From positions 223,407 through 287,406 of IMG/VR virus record IMGVR_UViG_3300013104_000001: 64,000 bases of DNA; one strand, 5' to 3'. How positions within the stretch are numbered: position 1 is the first letter of the stretch; every line of letters starts with the position of its first letter. A model generated the notes under the pieces. That model searched no databases, was not told the DNA's origin, and saw only the letters and a list, made by a program, of their open reading frames with translations. The position numbers and the translations under genes are program-made. Below, one piece after another: positions 28,102 through 37,045 of this stretch.

Positions 28102-29688
28102 ATGAGTGAAGATAAAAACGTAGTAGAGACGCACGGTGATCTGCCAAAGAACGCCGAAGTCGGCGAACGCTTCACCGTTAAAGAAGATGCGATCGTTTAC
28201 GAGTACCAAAAGGACGGTACCTGGAAAGACGTAGACATCGATGAAGTTATCGATGCTGAAAACGACCAGGCGCAGACTTCCGATGACCAGGTACACTCTG
28301 CCGATGACAATCAACAGACCGCGGATCATAACGAGTCTGGTGCAAGCGATAATGCACAGCAGGGACCGGCAAGCGATACGCCGGCTGATGAAGACAATAC
28401 TAAGGTTGACCAGCAGAACACTGCCAACGGTGGCGAACGCCCAATCGATGTGCAGAACCAAACTGACAACCAGAACCCGTCGACTGATTCTGCCAAAGCT
28501 GTAGAAACGGCAGAACAGCAGGAAGAAGCCAAACAGGCCGATCCTGATCAGGAACTGCCATCTGATGATGAGCAGCGTAATCTGGAAAGTGGCGAAACTA
28601 CTCCGCGCCAGGAATCAGCCGTTAATGAAGTTTCTGACGAGAAACAACAAGATGGCGTAGTTCCTCCAACTGCACCTGCAGCTCCGCCGGTCGAAGATCG
28701 TCCACGTGCTGAAGTCAATCCAGAAGCGCCACAGTCTACTCCTGAGGCAAAGCCGGATGAAGTTAAAGTTGCAGCTGCACAGCAGCAAGCGCTGAACGAA
28801 GACAAAGCCCGTGATCAGATCGATGAAGCCGGTGCCGATGCCACTGCTGCAACCACTGCAGAACCAACCCCGGCCGGTGAGCAGAAAGCCGAAGCTGAAG
28901 CGCAGCAACAAGCTGCTGCTGATGATGCGGACAAACCTGCAGAAGCGACTGAAACCCAGCATCCAAACTCGGGTGTAGCGGATGATGTCAATATCGGTAA
29001 ACCACGTAATGATCAAACCTACATCGGTGATCAGAACGCGGCTAACACACCGTCACCTGCCACCGTGCAACATCAAGAGAACCATACTGCCGAAGAGAAC
29101 CCGGTGGTTAGTCAGGAAGAGACTGCGGTACAAAACGCAACTGATCCTGATGCACCAACGATCATCCCGGCAGAAGCGACCTCTGAGTCAATGAACCATT
29201 CGCCAGCTAATCCTACTCAGGAAACTGTGTATGTGAAGCAGGACGAAAACGTTGATCCAGAAGTGAAAGTCATCCGTCAGCGTATTGAAGAATACATTGC
29301 ACAGATGGGTCGTAATGGATCTCACCGTCGCGATGAAGGGCCAAAGCATCAGGCGCGTCTGTATAAGACACTGCATGCTATCATGGCGCTTGAACCGATC
29401 AAGTTCAAACAAGCGATGGACTACCTGCTGGATCGTGTGTATGAAGAACGTGCTGGTGCATTCTCTGATGTGTACGTGCGCCGTTACTTCGACATGCTGT
29501 CACCACAGCATCTGCAGGGTAACCAGGTGAAAGAGTTTGACAATATCCTGTCACTCGTCGCCAATGTTGGTTACTCGAAGAACCGCAGTCGTGCTCTGCA
29601 GGATATCGATCTGCAGCGTGCTCTGAAGAACATTCAGGATGCGGGTAAGCAACAGCGTATGGCAGCGTACTTCTCTGCTCTGCGTTAA
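28102..29688 (+). CDS. Protein with a ~330-aa acidic disordered region and a helical C-terminal domain
   Basis: 528 aa with an AAGGAG RBS. The middle is D/E/Q/A/P-rich and the last ~145 aa look folded. Confidence 0.8.
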   Translation: MSEDKNVVETHGDLPKNAEVGERFTVKEDAIVYEYQKDGTWKDVDIDEVIDAENDQAQTSDDQVHSADDNQQTADHNESGASDNAQQGPASDTPADEDNTKVDQQNTANGGERPIDVQNQTDNQNPSTDSAKAVETAEQQEEAKQADPDQELPSDDEQRNLESGETTPRQESAVNEVSDEKQQDGVVPPTAPAAPPVEDRPRAEVNPEAPQSTPEAKPDEVKVAAAQQQALNEDKARDQIDEAGADATAATTAEPTPAGEQKAEAEAQQQAAADDADKPAEATETQHPNSGVADDVNIGKPRNDQTYIGDQNAANTPSPATVQHQENHTAEENPVVSQEETAVQNATDPDAPTIIPAEATSESMNHSPANPTQETVYVKQDENVDPEVKVIRQRIEEYIAQMGRNGSHRRDEGPKHQARLYKTLHAIMALEPIKFKQAMDYLLDRVYEERAGAFSDVYVRRYFDMLSPQHLQGNQVKEFDNILSLVANVGYSKNRSRALQDIDLQRALKNIQDAGKQQRMAAYFSALR

Positions 29689-29701
29689 TTGATCTTTTGA
29701 T

Positions 29702-29740
29702 CAGCATAGGGAGAGGGCAAACGCCCTCTCCTTTATGCCG
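29702..29740. terminator. Bidirectional terminator, CAGCATA-hairpin-TTATGCCG
   Basis: GGGAGAGGGC-AAAC-GCCCTCTCCT between convergent genes. Confidence 0.85.
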
Positions 29741-29759
29741 TCTATTCTTTTTTTTTTGT

Positions 29760-30263
29760 TTAAACTAAGCTACCATTGAACGCGACAACATCATTTCCAA
29801 TAAATGGATTATATCTCACCATCGAACCTAGCGTGTAATCGTAATAGATGAAGTCAATGCACTGGGCGCCATTGTAAGTAGTGTATGCTTTTGATGTGAA
29901 CCCATTACGGTTTAATGCAATGTAAGACGGTCGACTACTTATCGCAGTAAACCTCAGCAGGACCTGTTTTTGGTTGGTAGTGTTATCGTTAAACACGGGT
30001 AATGATGGATGCGCGTGTCTAGCGATAGTACACATCCATGAATCCCAAGTGAACCACTCTTTGTACGGAGTACCGTACATATTGTTGGATGCATCTAAAG
30101 TAGTATTGACATACGTACCTGCATACTTCTGCATTGCAGTTCTGCCGTCCGCTACCTTCGTGTATTTAGCCGCATTGTTATTGAGCCATGTCAAGAATTC
30201 GGCATAGCTCATCTTAGCCCCAATGCTGGGTTGATGTTTACCACCGATCAACATTTCTAACAT
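29760..30263 (-). CDS. LCCL-like domain protein (MLEML family), paralog B
   Basis: MYGT....FTWDSWMCTIARHA ... SYIALNRNGFTS fits the LCCL pattern vyGt..Yt.dS.iC.AAvH ... Y.gs.rNGi.S. Confidence 0.65.
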   Translation of the reverse strand: MLEMLIGGKHQPSIGAKMSYAEFLTWLNNNAAKYTKVADGRTAMQKYAGTYVNTTLDASNNMYGTPYKEWFTWDSWMCTIARHAHPSLPVFNDNTTNQKQVLLRFTAISSRPSYIALNRNGFTSKAYTTYNGAQCIDFIYYDYTLGSMVRYNPFIGNDVVAFNGSLV

Positions 30264-30275
30264 GATTATTTTCCC

Positions 30276-30785
30276 TTAAACAAGCGTACCATCAAATACA
30301 ACCGGAGTACTTGCAATGGACGGATTCCAACGCATCATGATACCTGTGGCATTATCATGATAGATAAAGTCAATTAACTGTCGACCGCCGAATGTAGAAT
30401 ATGAAATACTGTTATATCCATTTCGGTTGATGCCAAGGAAAGATGGGCGAGAAATATACGTCCCAAGTTTTATTAAGCAAAACTGTTTATTAGCCAGCAT
30501 GTAATCGAAGACTGATTGAATAGGGCAAGAGTGTCTAATAAACCTGGCGAAAGGTGAGTCGTGTGTAAACCAGTTGTTATACGGAGTACCCCACATGTTC
30601 CCGCCATCAGCAGTCATCGCTATACTGACATACGCATTCTGGTAATTAGATGAAGACGTGGTGATGGCAGGACTCGTTGTCAAAGCAGTGTATTTAGCTT
30701 TGTTATTGTTAAGCCAAATAACGAAATCAGAGTACGACATCCCCGTAACTTTCTTCTTACCTCCTGCCAATAACATTTCTAACAT
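30276..30785 (-). CDS. LCCL-like domain protein (MLEML family), paralog A
   Basis: MWGTPYNNWFTHDSPFARFIRHS ... SFLGINRNGYNS. An obvious full-length paralog of 29760-30263. Confidence 0.65.
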   Translation of the reverse strand: MLEMLLAGGKKKVTGMSYSDFVIWLNNNKAKYTALTTSPAITTSSSNYQNAYVSIAMTADGGNMWGTPYNNWFTHDSPFARFIRHSCPIQSVFDYMLANKQFCLIKLGTYISRPSFLGINRNGYNSISYSTFGGRQLIDFIYHDNATGIMMRWNPSIASTPVVFDGTLV

Positions 30786-30835
30786 ACATATACCTCGGTA
30801 CGAATTTCGTTTTTGACGGTGTCTATATCATTTCT

Positions 30836-30846
30836 CCCCCCCCCCC
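30836..30846 (-). repeat. Homopolymer G11 (C11 on +) abutting a putative promoter of the LCCL genes
   Basis: The minus strand reads G11-AGAAATGATATAGACAC. Confidence 0.8.
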
Positions 30847-30871
30847 TGCAAACCGCATGCCAACTTTTAGA

Positions 30872-30901
30872 CGGCATAAACGGGACAGCAACTGCCGCCC
30901 C
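30872..30901 (-). terminator. Hairpin followed by TTTATGCCG on the minus strand
   Basis: The minus strand reads GGGGCGGCA-GT-TGCTGTCCC-GTTTATGCCG. Confidence 0.7.
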
Positions 30902-30931
30902 AGATCCTGGTATCGAGTTGTAACTGGCGCG

Positions 30932-31867
30932 TTATAGTATCGTTTTCTGATCTAAAGTATTCTGATCAGGGAAGCCACGGCCTACTCCCCAAATAATACG
31001 AACTGCTCCGTTACCGCCAGCTCCCAGCCAGCTTGTCCCGTCACTACGATACTGAGTGGCTCCGCCGCCTCCAAATCCACCGCCCGAGATCACCGCAGGA
31101 TAACCAGCACCTGATCCTGGATTGTCCTTAATCCTACCCATAGGTCGAATTCCTCCGCCCCCACGTCCTGTGTAGGTATTGACAAGGTTTGCTGTTACCA
31201 TGGATACCGTTCCGCCATAACCAGCGCCAGTATCATTCGGCATCTTCTGAGCCGCTCCATAGGTCGCACCAACACTTCCATCACCTAAATAGCCACCTGC
31301 CCCTCCTCCGCCAACTGCACGTGCGAGAAGCGTTCCTGTGGCCCCTATGCCACCATTACCGCCACCGATGAGCGGTGCTGCTAAATCATGGACAAGGGTA
31401 TCTGCTGCTCCTAGTACTCCGGCAACGGCTGTGAGTAAATAATCAAGGTGCGATCCAACCTGACCCCCAAGCTGTACTTTGACGTTAATCAAAGAACTCA
31501 GTGACAGATCTTCACCTCCTCCTGTAGCTCGGAGTATGTAGACTCCATTGTGCAGTATTCCAGAACTCAGTCCTTTGGCCCCTGCATATACTCCTTTCGT
31601 ACCCGCGGTGAGTCCATCGCCACCTTTCCCAACAATCACAGAAAGATGCTCACCTGGTCTGACCGGTATCCAGTTTCGATACCGTAATGCGCCTCCTGTA
31701 CCACCCTGATGCTGTAACAATGTGTTACTGGCCGATTGACCTCCACCTACCGCGACCGCACTCATCCGGTTTACTCCTTGCGGAACAACAAGATCTTGAG
31801 TACCTGCAGTGGTAAAGGTTTGTTGACCAACAGCATGGGGAGCTGTGACTAACAATAACTCAAGCAT
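30932..31867 (-). CDS. Glycine-rich virion/adhesin-like protein (MLELL family)
   Basis: 311 aa with VP.GV..MSAVAVGGG, many GGGGAGG motifs and a C-terminal GGNGAVRIIWG, typical of phage glycine-rich tail domains. Confidence 0.7.
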   Translation of the reverse strand: MLELLLVTAPHAVGQQTFTTAGTQDLVVPQGVNRMSAVAVGGGQSASNTLLQHQGGTGGALRYRNWIPVRPGEHLSVIVGKGGDGLTAGTKGVYAGAKGLSSGILHNGVYILRATGGGEDLSLSSLINVKVQLGGQVGSHLDYLLTAVAGVLGAADTLVHDLAAPLIGGGNGGIGATGTLLARAVGGGGAGGYLGDGSVGATYGAAQKMPNDTGAGYGGTVSMVTANLVNTYTGRGGGGIRPMGRIKDNPGSGAGYPAVISGGGFGGGGATQYRSDGTSWLGAGGNGAVRIIWGVGRGFPDQNTLDQKTIL

Positions 31868-31927
31868 AGGCTATCCCTTTACTTTGAGTACCTATTTGAC
31901 ACACCACTGTGTCATAGCATTTCTAAA

Positions 31928-31971
31928 CGGCATAGAGGTGTGGACACCCTGACCTAAGCCAAGATGTCCAC
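31928..31971 (-). terminator. Hairpin followed by TATGCCG, downstream of the DNA polymerase gene
   Basis: The minus strand reads GTGGACATCTTGGC-TTAG-GTCAGGGTGTCCAC-ACCTCTATGCCG. Confidence 0.75.
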
Positions 31972-31979
31972 GTGGTGCG

Positions 31980-33701
31980 TCAAGCCGCAGCCATAAAATC
32001 GATAACGATATTTTTCTCTTTCATGAAGTCTTCAAGGAGCGTTACTGTATCTGGCGCTTTATAAAGTATACGTGCTAACTCACCCGCATTGTTCATACCG
32101 CCTGCCGCCAAGTTCACAGCGACCTGTCGGTACTCAGTGTCATCCAATCCTTCTATCTTCGTCATCTCGATCCACGTAGTCTGTTTACCTACGTTCATGA
32201 TAACGGTACCAGTTGGATATGCCCCTTCTACGTCAATGTCGTTTGTACCAATTCGGACATAAGACTTAACTTTAGGGAGTTCTTTAAACATCGCTTTGCC
32301 GTTAAGCGCAACAAGCTCTGTTGGCAACATAACGATCCAGCCACCCAAGCCCTGGATATGATCATCCAGCTCAGTACGCATCTGGTCAGAGGTCGTGCCC
32401 CAGATATAACCTTCTTTCATTACATCGTAATGCATCGCTTCTGCAATACGTGTTGGCTGTGAAATAAAGTTACGGTAATCAGATACACCACAGAAGACAG
32501 GCACTGCTGCTGATAGATCAGAGGTCTTCTCATCCATCATTTCTACTACAATGCAGTCGAAGATGTTATACATCACATATTCGTACTTGTAGTTAGCTTG
32601 CATGAACTCATGCCATTCTGCACCGTGGTAACCTTCAGCTTCACTGAACTTCATCTTCGTTACACCGAGGACCTTCTCAGCGATCGAATCTAACTTATAG
32701 TTCAGTTCTTTACCACCACCGATACGCAGGTAGTAGTAAGCACACATGGAGTCAGCCCAACGGAAAGAAGCAGGCGCATTGACATACGGCCATTTCTCAT
32801 AGTTAGCTAATGAGGTTTTCGTGACGTTCTTACCGTCATCTTTGACCTTGTGTGTTTTGCCTTCATAATAGAAGACATTGCGATACTCAGGCGGAACAGA
32901 AGGATCACAGATCACGTCAGCAATGTTAATGCCAGCGTTAGCCAGAGTTTGTGCCACAACTTTATAGTCGAACTCTAATACGTTCCAGCCCGTAATAAAG
33001 TCAGGCTTCCATTCATGCGCACGCTTAAAGGTTTCGACAAAGCCATCAGCTGGGTTATCAACTAATACAAACTCAGGTGATTTGATCCCACGCTTCTCAG
33101 CATATTCGCCCAGGTACTTAAACCAGGCTTCGGTAAGCTTCTGATGAATACGTTCGTCAGACTCACCCCCGAAGTAACGACGATCAATAAACGTGAAGGT
33201 ACGATCTTTAAAGGTCAATGACCCCATGATCGCTTCACCCTTACGTGACTCATCATTCATTTCGGTTTCGATATCGAACACGCTCACCGTGTAAGGTGTC
33301 ATGTTGCCAGGGAACTTTGCTTCGTACATCGCTTTGACAATCGAGGTAGGTTCGATGTCAGCACCGTATACATAAGGTGAGCGGTTAACACGACGCAGGG
33401 GCAAGTCCGTTGCTCCCTTGCCCAGCATCTTAGAGATATGGTTAGCCAGATCCCATTGCGGACAGGTGAACTTCTGCAGCTTACTGACTTCTTCGTAGTC
33501 TTTCTTATCGTTGTGATCACGGTAAGCCGGCTTGGTTAAATAATAGTCACGCTTCATATCTTTCAAGATACGCGTATGAGGTGTCGAGTTTCCATTCTCG
33601 TCGATGATATTCTCTTTTACGAACAGAATATCAGACTTGCCTCTTAAGGACAGGGCATATGTCGCAAACTTGCATTCAAGTCTAACGTTACTTTCACTCA
33701 T
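31980..33701 (-). CDS. Split B-family DNA polymerase, 3'-5' exonuclease plus motif-A subunit (phiKZ gp82-like)
   Basis: ExoI FDIET, ExoII GWNVLEFD, ExoIII YNIFD and polB motif A DVEGAYPT are present. Motifs B and C are not. Confidence 0.85.
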   Translation of the reverse strand: MSESNVRLECKFATYALSLRGKSDILFVKENIIDENGNSTPHTRILKDMKRDYYLTKPAYRDHNDKKDYEEVSKLQKFTCPQWDLANHISKMLGKGATDLPLRRVNRSPYVYGADIEPTSIVKAMYEAKFPGNMTPYTVSVFDIETEMNDESRKGEAIMGSLTFKDRTFTFIDRRYFGGESDERIHQKLTEAWFKYLGEYAEKRGIKSPEFVLVDNPADGFVETFKRAHEWKPDFITGWNVLEFDYKVVAQTLANAGINIADVICDPSVPPEYRNVFYYEGKTHKVKDDGKNVTKTSLANYEKWPYVNAPASFRWADSMCAYYYLRIGGGKELNYKLDSIAEKVLGVTKMKFSEAEGYHGAEWHEFMQANYKYEYVMYNIFDCIVVEMMDEKTSDLSAAVPVFCGVSDYRNFISQPTRIAEAMHYDVMKEGYIWGTTSDQMRTELDDHIQGLGGWIVMLPTELVALNGKAMFKELPKVKSYVRIGTNDIDVEGAYPTGTVIMNVGKQTTWIEMTKIEGLDDTEYRQVAVNLAAGGMNNAGELARILYKAPDTVTLLEDFMKEKNIVIDFMAAA

Positions 33702-33801
33702 TTGGATGATAATCCTATGTCAAAACACTCTATGTCAGGCCAGTGTTGAATACGCGTTATAACATCAGGCATGCAACTACATTTATACAAAGGAGATCAT
33801 C

Positions 33802-35052
33802 ATGATCATTTCCAGCGGGTTGGAAGCAATCGCTGTCCAAAAGAATCCGCTCTTTTACAATCTGCTAACCGCAGAGTTCGCTCGCCTGATGGAACTGTCC
33901 AAAGAAAAAGGCAAAACAACCAAAGAGATGATGACCGCGTCCAAGATCGCACAGATCACCATGGATTGCACCGGTATCAAGGTTGAACCAGGCGTGGATG
34001 ACTATAACCGTTGTAACGCTTATGTTCTGCTGCCTTCATTGAATTCATATCATGTCTTCTTTGATGATTGGCGTCGTGCTTATATCGGCTACGGTGATGC
34101 TTTCGAGCTGTTCCGTAAAATGAACAATGCGTTAATCGGTACTGTTGATCTGCAGACATCTAAAGTCGGCGGTGTCTTCTCCATGATTAATTTCCCTATC
34201 TGTCTTTCATTTGACCTGATGGTGAAATATGACCTGACGCCAGGTATGGTAGCCGCGATCTTCATGCACGAAGTTGGCCATGCCTTCACGATCCTTGAAT
34301 GTGTTCATTATACTGCAACCACTAACCTGGTACTGCAGGCGGGCATCGAAGCAATCATCAAAGCCGAAACATCGCGTAAGCATGCCATTCTTACGGATGT
34401 TCAGAACTCCCTGGGTATTGTGGTTGATGATCCAAAGACACTGATCGAAACCAACCGCTACGAAGACTACGCCATCACGATTCTCAGTAAGTACAACGAC
34501 AAGATCGTGTCAGCGTTAGGCGGGGCAGCTTACGACGAATCAATGTCTGAGCAGATGGCTGACATGTTTGCTGTGCGTCATGGTGCAGGTCTGGACCTGG
34601 CCAGAGGCTTGTCTAAAATCCAAGGTGCATATCGTAAACCTGGTTTACTGCTGCGTACATTCGTATTTATCTTCACCACAATCATGTCACTGGGTATGAA
34701 CCTTATACTGGGCACACTCAGCACTGTAATGATCTCCATGCTGGGTAATGCTTTCGGCGGTACATACGACCGCGGCAAAGATCGTTTCATCCGTATGCGT
34801 AACGAAGCTGTCATGGCGCTGAAAGATGAAAACATCGAACCAAAGATGCGCGGATTAGCACTCGAAGCTATTGCGGGTATCAATGAAGTCCTGGCTGATA
34901 AAAAGAACGAACTCTATCAGGTTGAGAAAGTTGCCTTCATTCTGCGTTCCAGTCAGCGTCAGCGGTATCGCAGTAAGGTACTGCAGCAAGACCTGGAAGC
35001 GTTATTAAATAACCCGCTGTATATCAGCTCGGCTAAACTGAAAACACTGTAA
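33802..35052 (+). CDS. Virion head protein with an HExxH zinc-metalloprotease motif and a hydrophobic segment (gp84 position)
   Basis: HEVGH at 34267-34281, EQMAD at 34549, hydrophobic LLLRTFVFIFTTIMSLGMNLILGTLSTVMISML, and an N-terminal SGLE processing motif. Confidence 0.7.
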   Translation: MIISSGLEAIAVQKNPLFYNLLTAEFARLMELSKEKGKTTKEMMTASKIAQITMDCTGIKVEPGVDDYNRCNAYVLLPSLNSYHVFFDDWRRAYIGYGDAFELFRKMNNALIGTVDLQTSKVGGVFSMINFPICLSFDLMVKYDLTPGMVAAIFMHEVGHAFTILECVHYTATTNLVLQAGIEAIIKAETSRKHAILTDVQNSLGIVVDDPKTLIETNRYEDYAITILSKYNDKIVSALGGAAYDESMSEQMADMFAVRHGAGLDLARGLSKIQGAYRKPGLLLRTFVFIFTTIMSLGMNLILGTLSTVMISMLGNAFGGTYDRGKDRFIRMRNEAVMALKDENIEPKMRGLALEAIAGINEVLADKKNELYQVEKVAFILRSSQRQRYRSKVLQQDLEALLNNPLYISSAKLKTL

Positions 35053-35066
35053 TAAGGATCTCTGAA

Positions 35067-35570
35067 ATGATCATCGATGTAGCAGAATTAAAGAAACAAG
35101 TAGTCAACGTTCGTTCTATTGCAGAGATCCCTTCTGGTCTGCGTGCTAAACTGATCGAAACTGGCCTGGCCCGTGCTGTGGCATATGGCGTTGATCTTCC
35201 CACTGCGCCGGTTGGTAACCCAATCACTTATTTCGCGAGCAATGGTAAAGAGGCTAAGGCCGCTCTGTCTGCGATCAATGAAACCAACGTGATCGATATC
35301 TCCCGCATCCTGTCTCTGGCAACCACTGTCTGGATGGCGCGTTATAATGCTGTCTTTGTGCCGTCTACCCGCGAATCAATGGAGCAGACTGCTCAGGCGT
35401 TGATTGCTCAGAAAGAGTGGCTGTTCGATGCCTCTCAGCAGGAGTTCCTGGCAGCGACTGAAGGTGACGGTCAGGTACAGGACGCACTGAAGATGGCGCT
35501 GGTTAACTTTACTGCCCCTGCGGTAATTGGCATGGGTCAAATTACTGCCCCTGTTGTAACTGAGGAGTAA
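35067..35570 (+). CDS. Virion protein (gp85 position)
   Basis: 167 aa with an AAGGA RBS. Assignment is by synteny. Confidence 0.65.
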   Translation: MIIDVAELKKQVVNVRSIAEIPSGLRAKLIETGLARAVAYGVDLPTAPVGNPITYFASNGKEAKAALSAINETNVIDISRILSLATTVWMARYNAVFVPSTRESMEQTAQALIAQKEWLFDASQQEFLAATEGDGQVQDALKMALVNFTAPAVIGMGQITAPVVTEE

Positions 35571-35572
35571 TC

Positions 35573-37036
35573 ATGTCATTAGACCTTATTAACTCCTTTG
35601 TTGATGACAGTGGTTCAGTGCCGAAGACTGCGCTGACTGTGGTCAGTAAAAAGGATGATGACATCAATGCACGTCTCCCCAAAGAGATGGCAATGATCAA
35701 AGCCTCTACTGAAGAGATCGTTGAACTTCAGTCCGTGCTTGAGCGCATCCGTAAAGAAGGCATGAGCCGGGCCCTGGCTGAACGTGTCATGCAGGTAGCA
35801 CCAAGTGCCATGCCTGTGGGCTACGGCGTTGAGAGCTTCACTGTGGTACCTTCTCGCATCTGTATGTCGGCTGGCATGGAATCAATCGTCGGTTACATCA
35901 TCGAAGGTGTAAAACGTCTGATCGCTTTCTTGTTTGATAAAGTCAGAACAGCAGCGACATGGGTTGTTGATACCTATAAACGTTTCACCGGTATTTCACC
36001 TACCGCCTACAAGCTTGAGCGCCGTGCTGTTTACATGCAGCAGATGTCAGCTGAGTTTGCTAAGCACTTTGGTAGCGATATCGCCGCTCTGCTGGAAGAT
36101 GAGATCAAAGAAGGTTTCGTTGATATCAATGCAACGCGTGTTACCATGACCGGGATGTTTGCAGACGCCTCTGTTCTGCAGCAGGACTTGTCTAAATACG
36201 CCAAGCCAATCAACCAGATGTCGAGCCAGATCGAAGGCTTACTTTCTGACATCCCACAGCGTGCTGCGCGTGTGAATGCGATTGCCAACGACATCACGGT
36301 ATCTCGCGATGGTAATGCTGATCGCAGCGTTGAAATCCTGCGTTACATTGATACGGCTAAACTCGATGCGCTGATTAGCTCACTGCGTACTGTTGCTAAA
36401 ATGTTGGCCAGTTCTCCGATGTATAAATCACCGGGCGTTGGTAAAGATGGTAAGCTTAAGCAAACCATCGTTGAGCAGCTGAATAGCGATGGCTTCCGTG
36501 ACCTGATGTCTGGTCTGTCCATGGCGGCTAATGCCGGCGTATCACACACCATGAACATGTCTGATGCATCTGCGGTTATCCGCTCGCGTAATCTGACACA
36601 AGCTGTGAACGAACTCACTAATTACAATGAAGTGAAGAAGCGTTCATTGGATGAGCTTAAATCGGCTGCGACTTCGGTCAATACCAATAAGTACATCCAG
36701 GCTGCTGAGAAGGCACCAGGTGACGACCCAACCACGAATGCACTGGTTCAATTCGCTCAGTACTTCGATGACGTCACCACTGCGGTTAAACTGGCACAAG
36801 ACATTACTGCTTCGTATGCAGAAACCGTCTTTAAGCTGCAGATCTTTGCAGTTAAGTGTCAGGACTTCGCATTGATCCAATGGAGCGAGTCTCCAGAGAC
36901 CCGTGCGTTGCGTCAGATGAATGAGTCAACCGAACAGGCCCAGGCGATGATCAAGCGGTATATCGACAAAGTGGTGAAGAACACTGCTGGTCTCGGTAAT
37001 GCGTTAAACGATCTGAACAAAGCGTTAAGCGCATAA
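35573..37036 (+). CDS. Processed head/inner-body protein
   Basis: 487 aa. An AGMES cleavage-type motif is followed by an amphipathic helix. Confidence 0.7.
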   Translation: MSLDLINSFVDDSGSVPKTALTVVSKKDDDINARLPKEMAMIKASTEEIVELQSVLERIRKEGMSRALAERVMQVAPSAMPVGYGVESFTVVPSRICMSAGMESIVGYIIEGVKRLIAFLFDKVRTAATWVVDTYKRFTGISPTAYKLERRAVYMQQMSAEFAKHFGSDIAALLEDEIKEGFVDINATRVTMTGMFADASVLQQDLSKYAKPINQMSSQIEGLLSDIPQRAARVNAIANDITVSRDGNADRSVEILRYIDTAKLDALISSLRTVAKMLASSPMYKSPGVGKDGKLKQTIVEQLNSDGFRDLMSGLSMAANAGVSHTMNMSDASAVIRSRNLTQAVNELTNYNEVKKRSLDELKSAATSVNTNKYIQAAEKAPGDDPTTNALVQFAQYFDDVTTAVKLAQDITASYAETVFKLQIFAVKCQDFALIQWSESPETRALRQMNESTEQAQAMIKRYIDKVVKNTAGLGNALNDLNKALSA

Positions 37037-37045
37037 GGAGCGAGC

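Noticed and set aside
29748-29758. Long T homopolymers here and at about 18172-18183 as phase-variation tracts
   Set aside because: Both lie just beyond bidirectional terminators at convergent gene ends, where length changes would have no evident effect.
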